DNA of 64,000 nucleotides from Octopus vulgaris (lineage: Eukaryota): assembly GCA_951406725.2 (NCBI GenBank), contig OX597825.1, positions 41,974,001 through 42,038,000 on the forward strand. Reading direction: 5' to 3'. The notes beneath the pieces are model-generated. The model made no database searches, had not been told where the DNA came from, and saw nothing but the letters and a program-made list of their open reading frames with translations. Positions 24,077 to 36,653 of this stretch are shown piece after piece (within the stretch, counting starts at the first letter, position 1; the number at the start of each line of letters is the position of its first letter). Made by a program: the position numbers and the translations under genes.

Positions 24077-25064
24077 TAATATTGTGACCATTCCTAAATT
24101 TTTTTCAAATTCTAATTCTTTATAACTAAATAAGAATGAATATACCATACTAGCTTTTATTCAACATGCACAGATTACTAAAAAAACTTCATTGCATATT
24201 TAGAATTAAATTCTCTTTTTTTCCTGATAATCTCCTATATTAAATAGTAAAAATTCTATGTCCCTAAGGAAACTACTCAATTCATCTTGATTACCTCACT
24301 TCCGTTTTTTAATATATCACTGACCCCGGATATTTTTACCTAACTGATTAGTTTTTTTTTCCGTGGGTAGTAAATATTATGTCTAACAGATTCTTTAATT
24401 TAATTCATTAATAACAATTCACCATCTACCAAATCTGAGAAATTTACTCTTCTTGATTATTTCTCTTCCTAAAAATGAATCACCATCTACCAAACCTAAG
24501 AAAATGACTCATCTTGATTACTCCTCTTCTGCTTTTTCTAATATATATCATTGAACTCTAATATATTCACTTAATTAATAAGACTTTTGTCAACAGTTAT
24601 TGAGTATTATACATACTCATAATAAATGATAGATTTTTTTCTCCAAAATTAATGAATATTAGATTTATAATTCTTTTTTAATCCAACTTATTAAAATAAT
24701 CAACACCTACTAGCTAAGTATAAATCTGATACATATTGGTATATGTTTGTATAAGTGTAAAGGAATCTCTGTATTTTCTATAACTTTTTAGTATATAGTT
24801 GGTCATTGTGACCATTTAGCATTGACCTAGTTTTCTTGATACAAAATCTGTTTGCCAAATAGCAGTAAACAGCATCTAAGGCCTTATAATCCACTTTCCA
24901 CTTTAATTTCTTAAGGAATAACTTCTGACATTTATTTCACCCCTACCTACTTCTATAAATAGAAAATCTCTTTTGTCTCCATTCAACTGAATACCCCTCC
25001 CCACTTTCTAGCAGTTCAGAATAACTTAAAGAATATTCTTCAATCAGAAGATAAATTCTAATAC

Positions 25065-25300
25065 ATATTTCTTTACTACCCACAAGGGGCTAAACACAGA
25101 GAAGACAAACAAGGACAGACAAACGGATTAAGTCGATTATATTGACCCCAGTGCGTAACTGGTACTTAATCTATTGACCCCGAAAGGATGAAAGGCAAAG
25201 TCGACCTCAGCGGAATTTGAACTCAGGACGTAATGGCAGACGAAATACGACTACACATTTCACCCGGCGTGCTAACGTTTCTGCCAGCTCGCCGCCTTTT
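25065..25300 (-). mobile_element. tRNA-SINE family B with 11-bp TSD, nested in the PLE
   Basis: Head GGCGGCGAGCTGGCAGAAACGTTAG, B-box GTTCAAATTCC. AATTCTAATAC at 25054-25064 and 25301-25311. Confidence 0.9.
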
Positions 25301-25417
25301 AATTCTAATACCTTAATGTTCTTAACCTTCAAATCAACATATCTGTCTATATATCTACCCTCTTTATAATGTTATCAATTAATATGAAAATAAGTATATT
25401 GATGGAAAACCTCTATA

Positions 25418-25506
25418 AATGGCTGATGATTGCTCAACATTTTAAAACTGTTGTAATACTTACAATGTTTAATAAAATGATGTAGCGTGAAACGATCGTA
25501 CCAAAT
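25418..25506 (+). ncRNA. Type I hammerhead ribozyme at PLE 3' end with long stem II
   Basis: tgg-CTGATGA-[~59-nt hairpin]-GAAACGATCGTA-cca; palindromic stem III (ACGATCGT). Confidence 0.8.
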
Positions 25507-27282
25507 TACCGAAGATATTCTTGTTGCTTATTTTGATTATAATCACCCCATGGATTTATATGGATAACACCATACAAAATTCTGGTGCATCTAGCTTAAG
25601 TACCGTATTCATTTGAATCTAAATTTTGCTGAACTTATATATATACGCCTTCTTTTCACCTCTATCCATCTCCCCACCACCACTACCACCATTATCTTTT
25701 CAACTTCAGTATTCACTGTTGAAATTAAATCTGGGTAGAACTTTAGTTCATTAGTTTTTCCCTGATATCATTTAACTTTCTCACTCTGCCCATACACTAT
25801 GTCTGTCTGTCTGTTTCTCTCTCTCTCTTTCTCTCTCTTACAACCTACTGACCCACATGTAATCTCTCTCTCCCTCTTCATCTTTCTCTGATCTTTCTCC
25901 TGTCTGCTGTATTATTATTATTGATATTCTGCTGCTCTGCATCCATTTCTGTGTCATCTACTCATCACTCCATCTCTCAACTCATATGCATCACTGATCA
26001 TCTCCATTTTCTATCCACCATCTGCTCCATCCATTCCTCAAACCTGTCCTCTAATCACCAACTCTTTTCTATCTTCTTTCCTATGTTTCCTCTCATTCCC
26101 TACCTTTAACTTTGTCATACTTCTCATTCACTTTGAAACCTCTATTCTCCTGTCTCATTTCGCTTCTACTCACTCAAACTTTGAGGGTTCAACTCAACAC
26201 CTCATCATGACTATTTTTCCTCTCTTTCCAGCTTCACCCTAGTAAATCACACCCACTCTTTTATAACTAGAAAACTGTTCTATTCTCGTCCCTCTCTTTC
26301 ATACTTTAATCCCTCATCTCCTAGCATAAAGCTGCTTTCCTTTCTACTGTAGCTACACTCAGTTGTAGGAAATCTTAGTCTTATTGGATGCATAGCAGAC
26401 TCTCTTGTCCTGATGCTATGAAAAGGCATCCAGGATACTCTGTAAAATGCTTGAGTGGTTGACATTAGGAAAGATATGCAGTTATAGAAACTATATCAAA
26501 GCAGATATTGCAACATGATGCAGCCCTCAGACTTGCTGGATCCTCTCAAACCATCCAGTCCACACTAACATGGAACAAGGATAATGATTACAATGATGAT
26601 GACAATGATACACATTTTATGAGTGTGTATGTGGTATACGTATATGTATATACATAAATACATATGCATCTACACACACACATGCACGCACTCACATACT
26701 CTCTTTCTTGCAAGGATGAATAGTGGTTTATACCATTTTCAAATCCCAATACATCCGCCATATCCTTTTTGATAGCAGCAATTGATTGTGTGTAAAACTT
26801 CAATGACTCATTCCTTTGCATTTAACAATTACCAGAGCATTTATTATTATCAAACAATGTTCCTTTTTTTATCACAAATAATAGTACAGTGCAAAAGGGT
26901 TCATTCTTACAATGAATTAATTACTCCAAATACAATTGTAGGAGCCACAATTTCTGATTCTCAGTCAATTTATGCGTAACCCATTTTCAAATATCTTCAC
27001 TTGTTTACTTGTGTGTAAATGGCAGAGAACAGTCATAAAAGATACTACCAAGTCCATTGCAAATTGTAGAATTGATGTTCATGAGTTTCTTTCCAACAGT
27101 TTTTTAATTGGTTTTCATTTATGATGGACTTTGGTTTTCCTCATGAATCACTTTGGATTTTCCAAAGTGTAAATTATAAAACCATCAACGCACTGTTTGT
27201 AAGTTAACATAACTCTCCACAAATACCAAATTGGCATTTTTACTAGATTCAGTTACATTTAGTCCTTATTTAGCAAATGAAT

Positions 27283-27383
27283 TCAGGCTTGTTCAATCGT
27301 CACCATATCATTGAGGGGCACAGAATCAACCCTTTCAAGGAAAACACTATCAGGAAAGTGAAACCATGGATTATAAAAGCTAT
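27283..27383 (-). CDS. Candidate terminal coding exon of an unknown host gene
   Basis: Acceptor ttttgtattacttag, then open frame (x)SFYNPWFHFPDSVFLERVDSVPLNDMVTIEQA*. Non-repetitive context; no homology recognised. Confidence 0.25.
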
Positions 27384-29254
27384 CTAAGTAATACAAAATA
27401 GATTAACCCACTAGCTACTTTTCTTGTAATATATATTCACAGTTTAAAAATGACTCATATTTAAAACCAACATTGTAAGAAGTAACCCTTAATATCACCC
27501 CAATTTGCTTGTCTAATGAGGAAGAAATATGACAATGTGCCCTATTACTTCACCTGCATTTTCAAGCTAACTCAAAAATTTAATTATATCAACAGGTGAC
27601 AGGTACTGCTATTGTTGAGTAACTTTATATAGATTTTATAAATAATTTAGTAAACTTGGTACAAATTTAATTTTCTATAACTTGGATGACATCTTTTAAA
27701 ATAAGTTCAACAGAAATGTGAAAAAATATATGCCATTCTCTTTCAATATGAGAAAATTACTTCTGTAATAGCATATCATTCAACTTGAGTAGAGAGATAT
27801 TTTCTACTGATATTATAGATATATTTGTGTGTCTATAGATGTGTGTGTAAAAGGACATGTATATATATATATATATATATACATAAGGAACATTGGAGGG
27901 AATTGATATAAGAAGTAGATACAAGAAGGAAATTCATTTTCAAAAACTAATTTTTTATCATCTTTTCTGCATCGCTATTATCAATATGAAAATGATATTT
28001 CTGAGAAACTATTATCATCGACAATGAATGCTTTATTTTTAGAAGAAATTTTGTTGTTTTTTTTTATTAAGTTTTTTTTTCTCTTTATTTTGCAGGAAAT
28101 ATTTTTCTGCAAAAAATCAGTTTTAAAATGTACTGTATTGCTGAATATAAAACTAAGTTGTATATTGTTTCCAAACCTATACAACTGCAATGCAAATATT
28201 TTATTCATATTTATTCAAGCACACTTTTATTCAGCACACACTCACATACATGTACAGAGAGAGAGATTGGTAGATAGATAGTTACAGACATAGATATATT
28301 GCATACTGGCTCAACATTATTCTCATATTACAGACTAATAATTAAAACTAGAATAATGATAGCAGGTCAAAGGGAATTGAAAGTAAAATCAAGCAAGCCA
28401 GATAATATTGCCTACTGTTTTTATATCTGGTTTAAATAGATGTTCAGTCCCTATTGATCTGGATAAGATGGCAATAGTGGAGATAAGAAAAGTGTCAAGT
28501 TAAATATATGTCTGTTTTGTGTAGTTTAATGCAAAGAATCTTTTTGTGATGTTATCCCTTACTACAATTAATGAATATTATTCTTGAAGTTATTAGTCTC
28601 TTAGGATTGGTAGAGATTAAATTTCCATTGACCTCCACATAGGGTAGAGAGAATAAATAACCTTTAGTTCATTATGTATTCGTACTTGCCTTCAGGTTTT
28701 ATCATCTGAAGTAACAGCTAAACTAGCAAGTCAAGGGATAGAATGAATAATGGTTTGGGATGAGTATCTCTTGGAAGACAATAAATGTAGTAAACATTTT
28801 TAAAAAATGTATCAGATGGTGTCATTGTTATTTAACCTCAGGTCAACTTTGACAATGTGAAAACCTGATTAAAAGTCATTCCAACCTTAACCACCCATTT
28901 CATTCTTTTTCAAAAGCATGTTATAGGGCGCATAATCTAATGTGACCTTTTTTTAAGATAGGAAGGTGAGATTTTTAGGGTAAGTTGGCTGTTATTTCAT
29001 GCCTGCTGAATGCCTTCATACAAGTATTTTGATTGGTAGATACATATTTTTGTGTATAATATTAAAAGAAATATATCTTATAAAATGTCCCACTTCAAAT
29101 ATTTGATACTTATTCTCATTCTACGTCAAAATATCTTTCCTTTCTTACTAAAATGACTCTTGCTAATGTAGAATACTCTCTGGTTGTCTAAACTCCATTG
29201 ATTAACTTAAGACAAACATGTATTTCCAGAAAAGGAAATTAATTAGAGGTGAAG

Positions 29255-29820
29255 CATAATCTTCAAATATTGGGCCTCACAGAGGTGATGATTAGTGACA
29301 GAGTGATATGCTGAGCTTGAGAATATTAATGAAGCCAAGTGAAATTGTAATTGTAGCCATTGCTAGTGTCATGTAAATAGCACCTGTGAAATTGTAACCA
29401 TGGCTGTTGCCAGTAGCATGATCTTTGAAATGATCTTCAAATGTTGGGCCTTGTGGAGGTGAGGGACAAGTTGGTAAACATGATCTCCAAATGTTGGACC
29501 TCATGGAGGTGATGACAAGTGACTGAGACCCTGGTGATATGCTGTGCTTGAGAAGATTTGTCAAGTCAAGTGAAACCATTGCCAGTTTCATGCAAATGTC
29601 ACCCATAAAATCAGTCATGCAAATGATACCCATGCTGGGGGCATGTAAAAAGCACCCATTACACTCTCAGAGTGGTTGGTCTTAGGAAAGGCATCCAACC
29701 ATAGAAACCATGCCAAGTCAGACTGAAACCTGGTGCAGCTCTCCAGTTTACCAGTTCCAATCAAACCCTCTAACCCATGCCAACATGGAAAACAGACGTT
29801 AAATGATAATGATGATGATT
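29255..29820 (+). mobile_element. Non-autonomous retroposon with (GAT)n tail and internal partial duplication (related pieces at ~8665, ~20580 and ~26400-26600)
   Basis: 3' end ...AACCCATGCCAACATGGAAAACAGACGTTAAATGATAATGATGATG is shared among the copies. Confidence 0.65.
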
Positions 29821-30782
29821 GAGTATTTCAGGAATGAGCCTTCATTTACAATCTTATAATTTTCAAGTAGTAAGGGGACTTGCCTTAAGATCCAAGTACT
29901 CTGTTGTATAAATGGTTTGAGCTAAATAGTTTCTATGTATGCAAATAATGAGTAATATCTTGATTTGTTTGTGCTAATAGAAACTATGTATTAGTGAGTC
30001 AGTAAACAATCCTCTATATAACTGATGCACCAATTTGATATAATAACCAAACAGCTTACAACAAATTCCCTACTGGCTTTTAAGATAAGCACCACAAAGA
30101 TTTTTAGATCTAAATTTTAGTGTAGCATATTCACAACTTGATTGCCACTCAAACAATAGGCCAGTCATATCTGCTGATCATGAGTGATAGATTTAAGGAT
30201 TAACTGTATTGGATTAGGTGCTTTCATATAATTGCTCTGCTTAAGCACAGATGACAATGATTCCTTAATAACTATCACTGTTTCTAAATCAGGAGTTAAT
30301 TCCTTTCTAGAGATCAATAAGTTGTACTTGGATTAAAGAATATTTATAATTTTGAATAGATTGATGTTGTTGATATTATTTCTATTTAAGAATTCTTATG
30401 AATTCATTCTGATTTCTTAATCTATTTCGAAAAGCTCCAGAAGCTATTGAGTTTGGAAAATATTTACTTTTATTTCCCAAAGTTTATCTTCATCAAGCAT
30501 ATCAAGAGAAAATCATTTTGGTGAAACTTCAGAAATACACATGGTAGCAATTCAAATTGTTTCTAGCAGTAATATTATCAAATATACACATTACATTCTT
30601 TCATTAAAGGGGAGGCAGCACTTCTTCAATGTATCAATTTTGAACCTACAATTGAACCTATCACTAGTGATCAAAAGTCCACCATTGACAAGACCATGGG
30701 AAGTCAAAATCATGTGTTCTGGTGGCCTTAGCATTGGAGATGGTGGGGATTTATTTCCCCCACTAGAGACATAAACAAGTGT

Positions 30783-30846
30783 TCACTTTGTACCAAAAGC
30801 CCGTATGAGAGTTTCTCTCATGGTATCTACTGCAGTACAGTTTATT
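30783..30846 (-). CDS. Candidate terminal exon
   Basis: Acceptor gttcttatag; INCTAVDTMRETLIRAFGTK*; phase-compatible with 32246-32307. Confidence 0.2.
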
Positions 30847-32245
30847 CTATAAGAACATCCATGTTTAAGTGGGGGATAAATATTTCCTCTACAATAGATT
30901 AGATTTTTGTAATGATTGTATATATATTTTCAAACTATTTGTCAATATGCCAACGCCTTATCATCTCATCCTGCTACAACTTTTATATGTCAGTGATATA
31001 TGCTAATATAAAAATAAATATCATTTCATGCAAAGATTTAAATATACATTACTAATAATCTACATTTGAATCTCTGCTCATAATGTCAATAATCTTAAAT
31101 TTGTATGTAAATTAATAAATATTTCCTTAAGTTAGGTAAATAGGTGAACTAAATTTGTTACTATTTTAGAAAACTAATGTTAATAACATTAGAATTCCAC
31201 AGTGGTGGTGCTCAACAGAAGAAGGACTGTGCATATTATATAAGAGAAACTTTTAGAAGTCAAATATAAAGGTATCCTAATATGATAAGACACATGAATG
31301 GAAGTCGAGCTAGTAATTAAGGAGAATGAAAAATCTGTTGAGGCAACATAAGTGTAAGAAGCAATGAAATGATGTTGCAAAAGCTGTTTGGTGGTTTAGA
31401 GGTTGTCAGAGAATGGTGCCAACCTAATCACTATAATGGCTCTCTTCTGGATTCTGCTCAGAATACCAATTAAACAAAACACATGTAATCTATCTGTTTC
31501 ACCATGTCTAGAATTCATCCTTCCATTTAGTTGGCATCTTCACATTCTCCATAAATTTGTGCTTTTGTAGAGAACAAATTACTTTCTTATATTATTCCCA
31601 ACAGGCTGTGCTTGAATGTTTACACTTGTGATCAACACTGTTATCAACATTATCCCAAGAGATTAATTTCTATTTCTAAAGTGAAGCAGTGTCAAACTAC
31701 AACCAGACATCAATAATAACTTGAATGAGAAAGATTATTTCTTCATGTATGAGTGTATATATATATATATATGTCTGTTTGTGAGTGTTTGCATGAATGT
31801 GTATGGTGTGTGTGTGATTGATATATTTTTTCCAAGTTTATCCTAGTGTTATAATCACTATTAATAGTTCTTCAAAAAGAAAAAATGATTAATTTTCAAG
31901 TTGAAATTTCACTATGAAAAATATCTTTCATTGCCAAATTAATGTCTTATTTATTAAAACACAATCTAACACAATTTACTGATCTTTACTTGCAAAATAA
32001 CACCAAAATAATAACTATCTCAGCAAATTATCTTTTAAAGTACAATTTTTTTAAAATCTTGCAAGAATACTGTATCATTGACAAATGTCAATAGTGAGGA
32101 GAGATTTTTAATTTAGGTAATTATCATACTGGATTAATTGCACTTGTACTAATTAGATCAAATAACTATAATTATTCTAATAATTAAAATAACCAAATGT
32201 CTTGACTCATATACATTGTCCAAAATGCAATATTCAAATATATAC

Positions 32246-32307
32246 TTTTCTATATGAACTAAAGTTTGAGATTTCCAACCCACAGTTGCCCGAAAAGCTA
32301 CTTCATT
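32246..32307 (-). CDS. Candidate internal exon
   Basis: Strong acceptor ctttcatctttcag; NEVAFRATVGWKSQTLVHIE; weak donor gtatat. Confidence 0.2.
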
Positions 32308-33339
32308 CTGAAAGATGAAAGACCATTCCAGAACACACAAGGCAAACGGAAATTGATATTAATATAGCTGCCAAATGGTTCAGCTTTACTTTTCTTTCAC
32401 AGCTGCTACTTATCTTGACCTTGATGGTAACTATAATTCTCTCAGATATGCTTCTGGGTATGAGTAATAAGAAAGTAGAAGCTTTCTGCTTGTGTAAAGG
32501 TCAAGCCAATACAACTCTTCATCAAATGAAGATAGATGTTACTGATCAAATAGTTAATTAATAGATATTTCAAATCACACTGACTTTTATCTCTTACTCA
32601 ACTTAATTTTCCTTTCAGGTTGTCAAAAGAGTTTTTCACTAAGATATAGAATATGGTTTTAATTCTATTATTATTTCATCATGAAGTGTAATAATGGCTG
32701 AGTTGCTCTGGCAACTGAACTATACCAGATATTTCACAATTTATTATTTACTATATGGCCATTTTAAGTTCAGTTCTTACTGGGTTGGACTTTTTACTTT
32801 CATCTGAGGAATTGGTAAAAATAAAACAAGTAATATTTTGACCTGATTCAATCTTCTTACCAAATACACCTCATAATTAGTCTATGATTGGTCAATGTTA
32901 GTTCCCTATGTTGTGTGTTAGAACTAAAGTAAAGCACATAGCATGTATCATTTCTATGTCTGCTCCTACTTGATTGATAATCTTTAACTTCGTTTATTTG
33001 GTCCACTCTCCAAAATACCAGTTTAATTAGTGATTTCAGAATTTCAGAAACACCTAAACTTAAAAAGTCAAAAACGCTTATCAATAACTACAAAGAAAAA
33101 TAATTATCTTTTCTTTTAGTATTGTCATTTTAGCAAGTCACTTTGGACTTTATGTAAACAAAATGACCCCACTTCAAGATGCTATATACTTGGTGAACTA
33201 TGGGCTATATAATAAACACCACGGTAACCATATAAGCTCTGGTTTAAAAATACACATATGAAATAATTTTGCTATTTTCTTTCTGATGATAACTGGATGT
33301 GTAGGGAATAAGATTTCAACAGTTGTTTTTGAAAAAAGG

Positions 33340-34552
33340 AGGAGTATGAGAATAAACAATTTATTTAGAATATAGGAATAAATGACTGATCAAATGGGTT
33401 GTAAAGAAAAGAACAGCAGTCAGTGCAATAGTTAGGCATATCTTTTTCATTAACAGGTATGGCACATTCAAATTGCAAATGTTTGTAGAGTAATGCTTTC
33501 TCTATGCACAGATACAACTCAATCTAGTTTCCATCAGAGGTGGTGCATTTCTAGCATCATTGAACCCAACACCTGAATTCTCTTTGAAAAAATTCAGGAG
33601 TGTGTATCTACTTTTGACATCTATTTTCATCAAGTTTATCATCAGGTCGTTGTCCCCAAATATTGTTTTTCATTGAACCAAACAAGGGGTCAGAGTGTGC
33701 CAGAACTGAACCACACATTGAATAGGGAGCCACTGGCCAGCCCAATTTGTTGATTGCCTGATTTGTTGCCAAAGATGTATGTGGTCACATATTTTCATTG
33801 TGAATGTAGATTAGCTTCAGCCACTTGTTTGGTTCTCTTCTTCCTAAAGGTTTCTATTAGCTTTTTGAGTGTCTTAATATACTGCTTGCTGTTAGTGGTA
33901 CAGCCACATTCCGGAGAATGACGACCTTCTCATCACCCTAAAAAACTCAAGAGTCAGTAATCTGTACCAACCACTGTATCAGAAAAAAAAATAAGGTGCC
34001 TTCATTGGCTTCAAACACTTTCAACAGATAAGAGCAAGCTTCCAAACTTATCCTTCAAATCAGATGTCAATTACTAATAAGGTATCATTTCGCTCACACT
34101 TTCTGATACTCAAAACCGTCTAGCAACTTTTGTAATGCATTGTGCCCACAATCCACTTGTGCAGTGAGTTCACATTTATAACTTATCTGTCTGTGGGAAG
34201 CTATTTGTCTTTTCACTGGTAATTTATGTCATAGATTGCAATTGATGGTCTTCAAATGTATGATTTATCTTCAATGCTAGATTCCCCATTTTAAACTTCT
34301 TCATCTATCAGTGCATGTTGTCCTTCACAATGATTATTCAACCTTCTGTGAATGTTGAACAGCCTGAACAGTTCTTTGTCATGAATTCAATAATAGCACA
34401 TTGCTTCTACTTGAAACCCACAATCTGATGGCAGCAAATAACAGAAAGTAGAACTTCTATAGAAGAAGTGTTATGCTACTAACATATGCAACTTGAATGA
34501 CCTATGTCACTTAATATAAAAATTTGGTATTACTTTCAGTATAATCCTCATA
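33340..34552 (-). mobile_element. Highly decayed mariner element
   Basis: PYS...LAHSD remnant of YSPDLAPSD; mariner-like terminus TA-TGAGGATTATACTGAAAGT. Confidence 0.5.
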
Positions 34553-34599
34553 TTTAAGCTTGTTTTTACAATGAATTTCAGAAAAACACAATGTTTATT

Positions 34600-36100
34600 T
34601 ATCAGTTATTAAAAAATGACATTTTGATTCATTTTTTAGCACAATATTTGGAGCTAGGTACTGCTAATCTGATACAGCAAACAAGCTACAAAAGGTAGTT
34701 ATATGAAGGAAGAAAATGTAGTAGAAATTTGTTTTATCTGTCTCTTTTCTTTCAGTTTTCTTTTTCATTCATAACTGTGAAATCTCTTACTTACACTTTC
34801 ACTGAGCACAGCTTCTGTAGGTGCAGCTCCTTTTAGTATTCTGTCTTTCTAAAGTGAAAATTATCAAAATATAGAACATGTGAGGACAGTATGTTCTATA
34901 AAACAACCACTGTTCCTCGTATCACTATAAAATACACTATAATTAACTTTTTTCAAGATGTTGTCTGACTTAACATGAAGGCTAACTGATCATTATCTAA
35001 CTGAACATTACCTTAGTTTTAGGTCAAATTCATTCTATTGAAAGTAGCCAAGCCATGAATTTTCATTGACAATATTAAAGACTTGTCATGTTGGTGACTA
35101 TCTGAACCTTTTCTCAGTCACACCACTGACATTCTTGTTTTCTATTCAAAGCTGACCAACAAATAGTTCAAGAACTGAAACACTTGGTCAACTCCAAAGA
35201 AGGTTGTGAAATTACTTGGAATATAATCCAGTAACCTCATCACCTCAGTTTGTGATTAATACTGAAATTTGGAAGGCCAGTGTGAGGTCTGTGAGGCTTT
35301 TCATTTCTAGCTAAACAACTTAAGAGAATGGGTGCTGTTGGTAAGTTACCACTCTCAAGTCTTTAGTAAAATGGGTAAGTGATTTCCTCAAATGCTCCAG
35401 AGGCTCTCTAAAAGATTCACAAATACTTGAAGCTGATTGAGAGAGTACCAGATTAAGTAAATGTGTATAACAATATATAAATATGATGCTTGCACAAAAA
35501 ATCTTCTTTATTCTTGTTTGCATTCTGTTCAAATGCCCAGCCATCATTCTCATGCAACAAACTTTTGGCCTCAGGTGAATTCGTGAACAAATGTTTGAAC
35601 TTCTGACAGTGATGCAGCATTTCTATCTTTACTGACATTGACATATTCCCCAAAAACTTTCTTGAGGCTTTTCCTTTTTATTATCAAATTGCAAAATGTG
35701 TGACAATTGAGATTTCATTTGAAGGTTTGTAGTCTCATCAGATGTAACGGCAACAAAAGCTGTCTTTTTGATCACTGCCTTAATTTCACCTTAACTTGTA
35801 GCAGATATACAGTTAAATGGTCTTGCTTTGAATATCACTTGAAAGTCCAGAAAATGTTCAGTTGGCATTTTTCTTAATGAAACCCAGACATGACCTTAAA
35901 CTATCACTGTATCCCATTACTGTTTCACTTATAGCCAGAAAATGACCCTTACTGTTTGATCTTTCTGTTTCATTATGTCATCCAAATAGTAATTCTTTTT
36001 AGCAGTGAAGCTTCTTGTTGCAAAGGTTGGGAAAGTAGAGAGGAAACTGAGCTAATTGACTCTTTAACCATCTTGGGGGTGAATGAAAGTGTGGAAAATG
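34600..36100 (-). mobile_element. Decayed hAT (ZMYM1/Tip100-like) transposase
   Basis: FVAVTSDETTNLQMKSQLS, MMAGHLNRMQTRIK and YCYTHLLNLVL (CxxH motif). Confidence 0.7.
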
Positions 36101-36391
36101 TTTCTTGATTATAATCTTTTTAAATGAATTGAGGTTTCATTCTCACAAAACATTTAAGTGCTAGTTTGCCTTTTTACATAACCTTTTTTAAATATTGAAA
36201 ATTAAATTTTAAAATACTGCCATTGATGAAAACTTTACTTTTTGATCACGAAAACATGGACTTCGCTAGTTGCTTCTTTTCACTCTAAGTGTGAGCAAGT
36301 TGAAAAGATAACTCTGGAGTCACATGGCTTAAATTCGATTCTTAAGAAGGGATCGAGAATATTCTCCATACGTTAATTTTTTTTTAAAAAG

Positions 36392-36653
36392 CAGGAGTGG
36401 CTATGTGGTAAGAAGCTTGCTCTCCAGCTACATGGTCCTGGGTTCATTCCCATGGTATGGCACCTTGGGCAAGTGTCTTCTACTATAGCCTCAGGTCCAC
36501 CAAAGTCTTGGATTCAGTAGACGGAAACTGAAAGAAGCTAGTAGTGTGTGTGTGTGTGTGTGAGTGTGTGTGTGTGTGTGAGTGTGTTTGAGTCTGTGTT
36601 TGTCTCCCACCACCACTTGACAAACAGTCTTGGTGTGTTTATGTTCCTGTAAC
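36392..36653 (+). mobile_element. tRNA-SINE family A, 3'-truncated
   Basis: A-box and B-box head plus family body. Confidence 0.8.

Larger units (their letters stand above)
23555..25640 (+). mobile_element. 5'-truncated PLE inserted in (TA)n: Zn-linker, GIY-YIG endonuclease, ~1.5-kb 3' region with HHR
   Basis: CNCRIRSKCPVSGCCLVQNVVY...(*)FG...KKRLNNH...IWELK...CELCSME...LLNNRSE. HHR at 25418-25506; followed by (TA)n. Confidence 0.9.
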
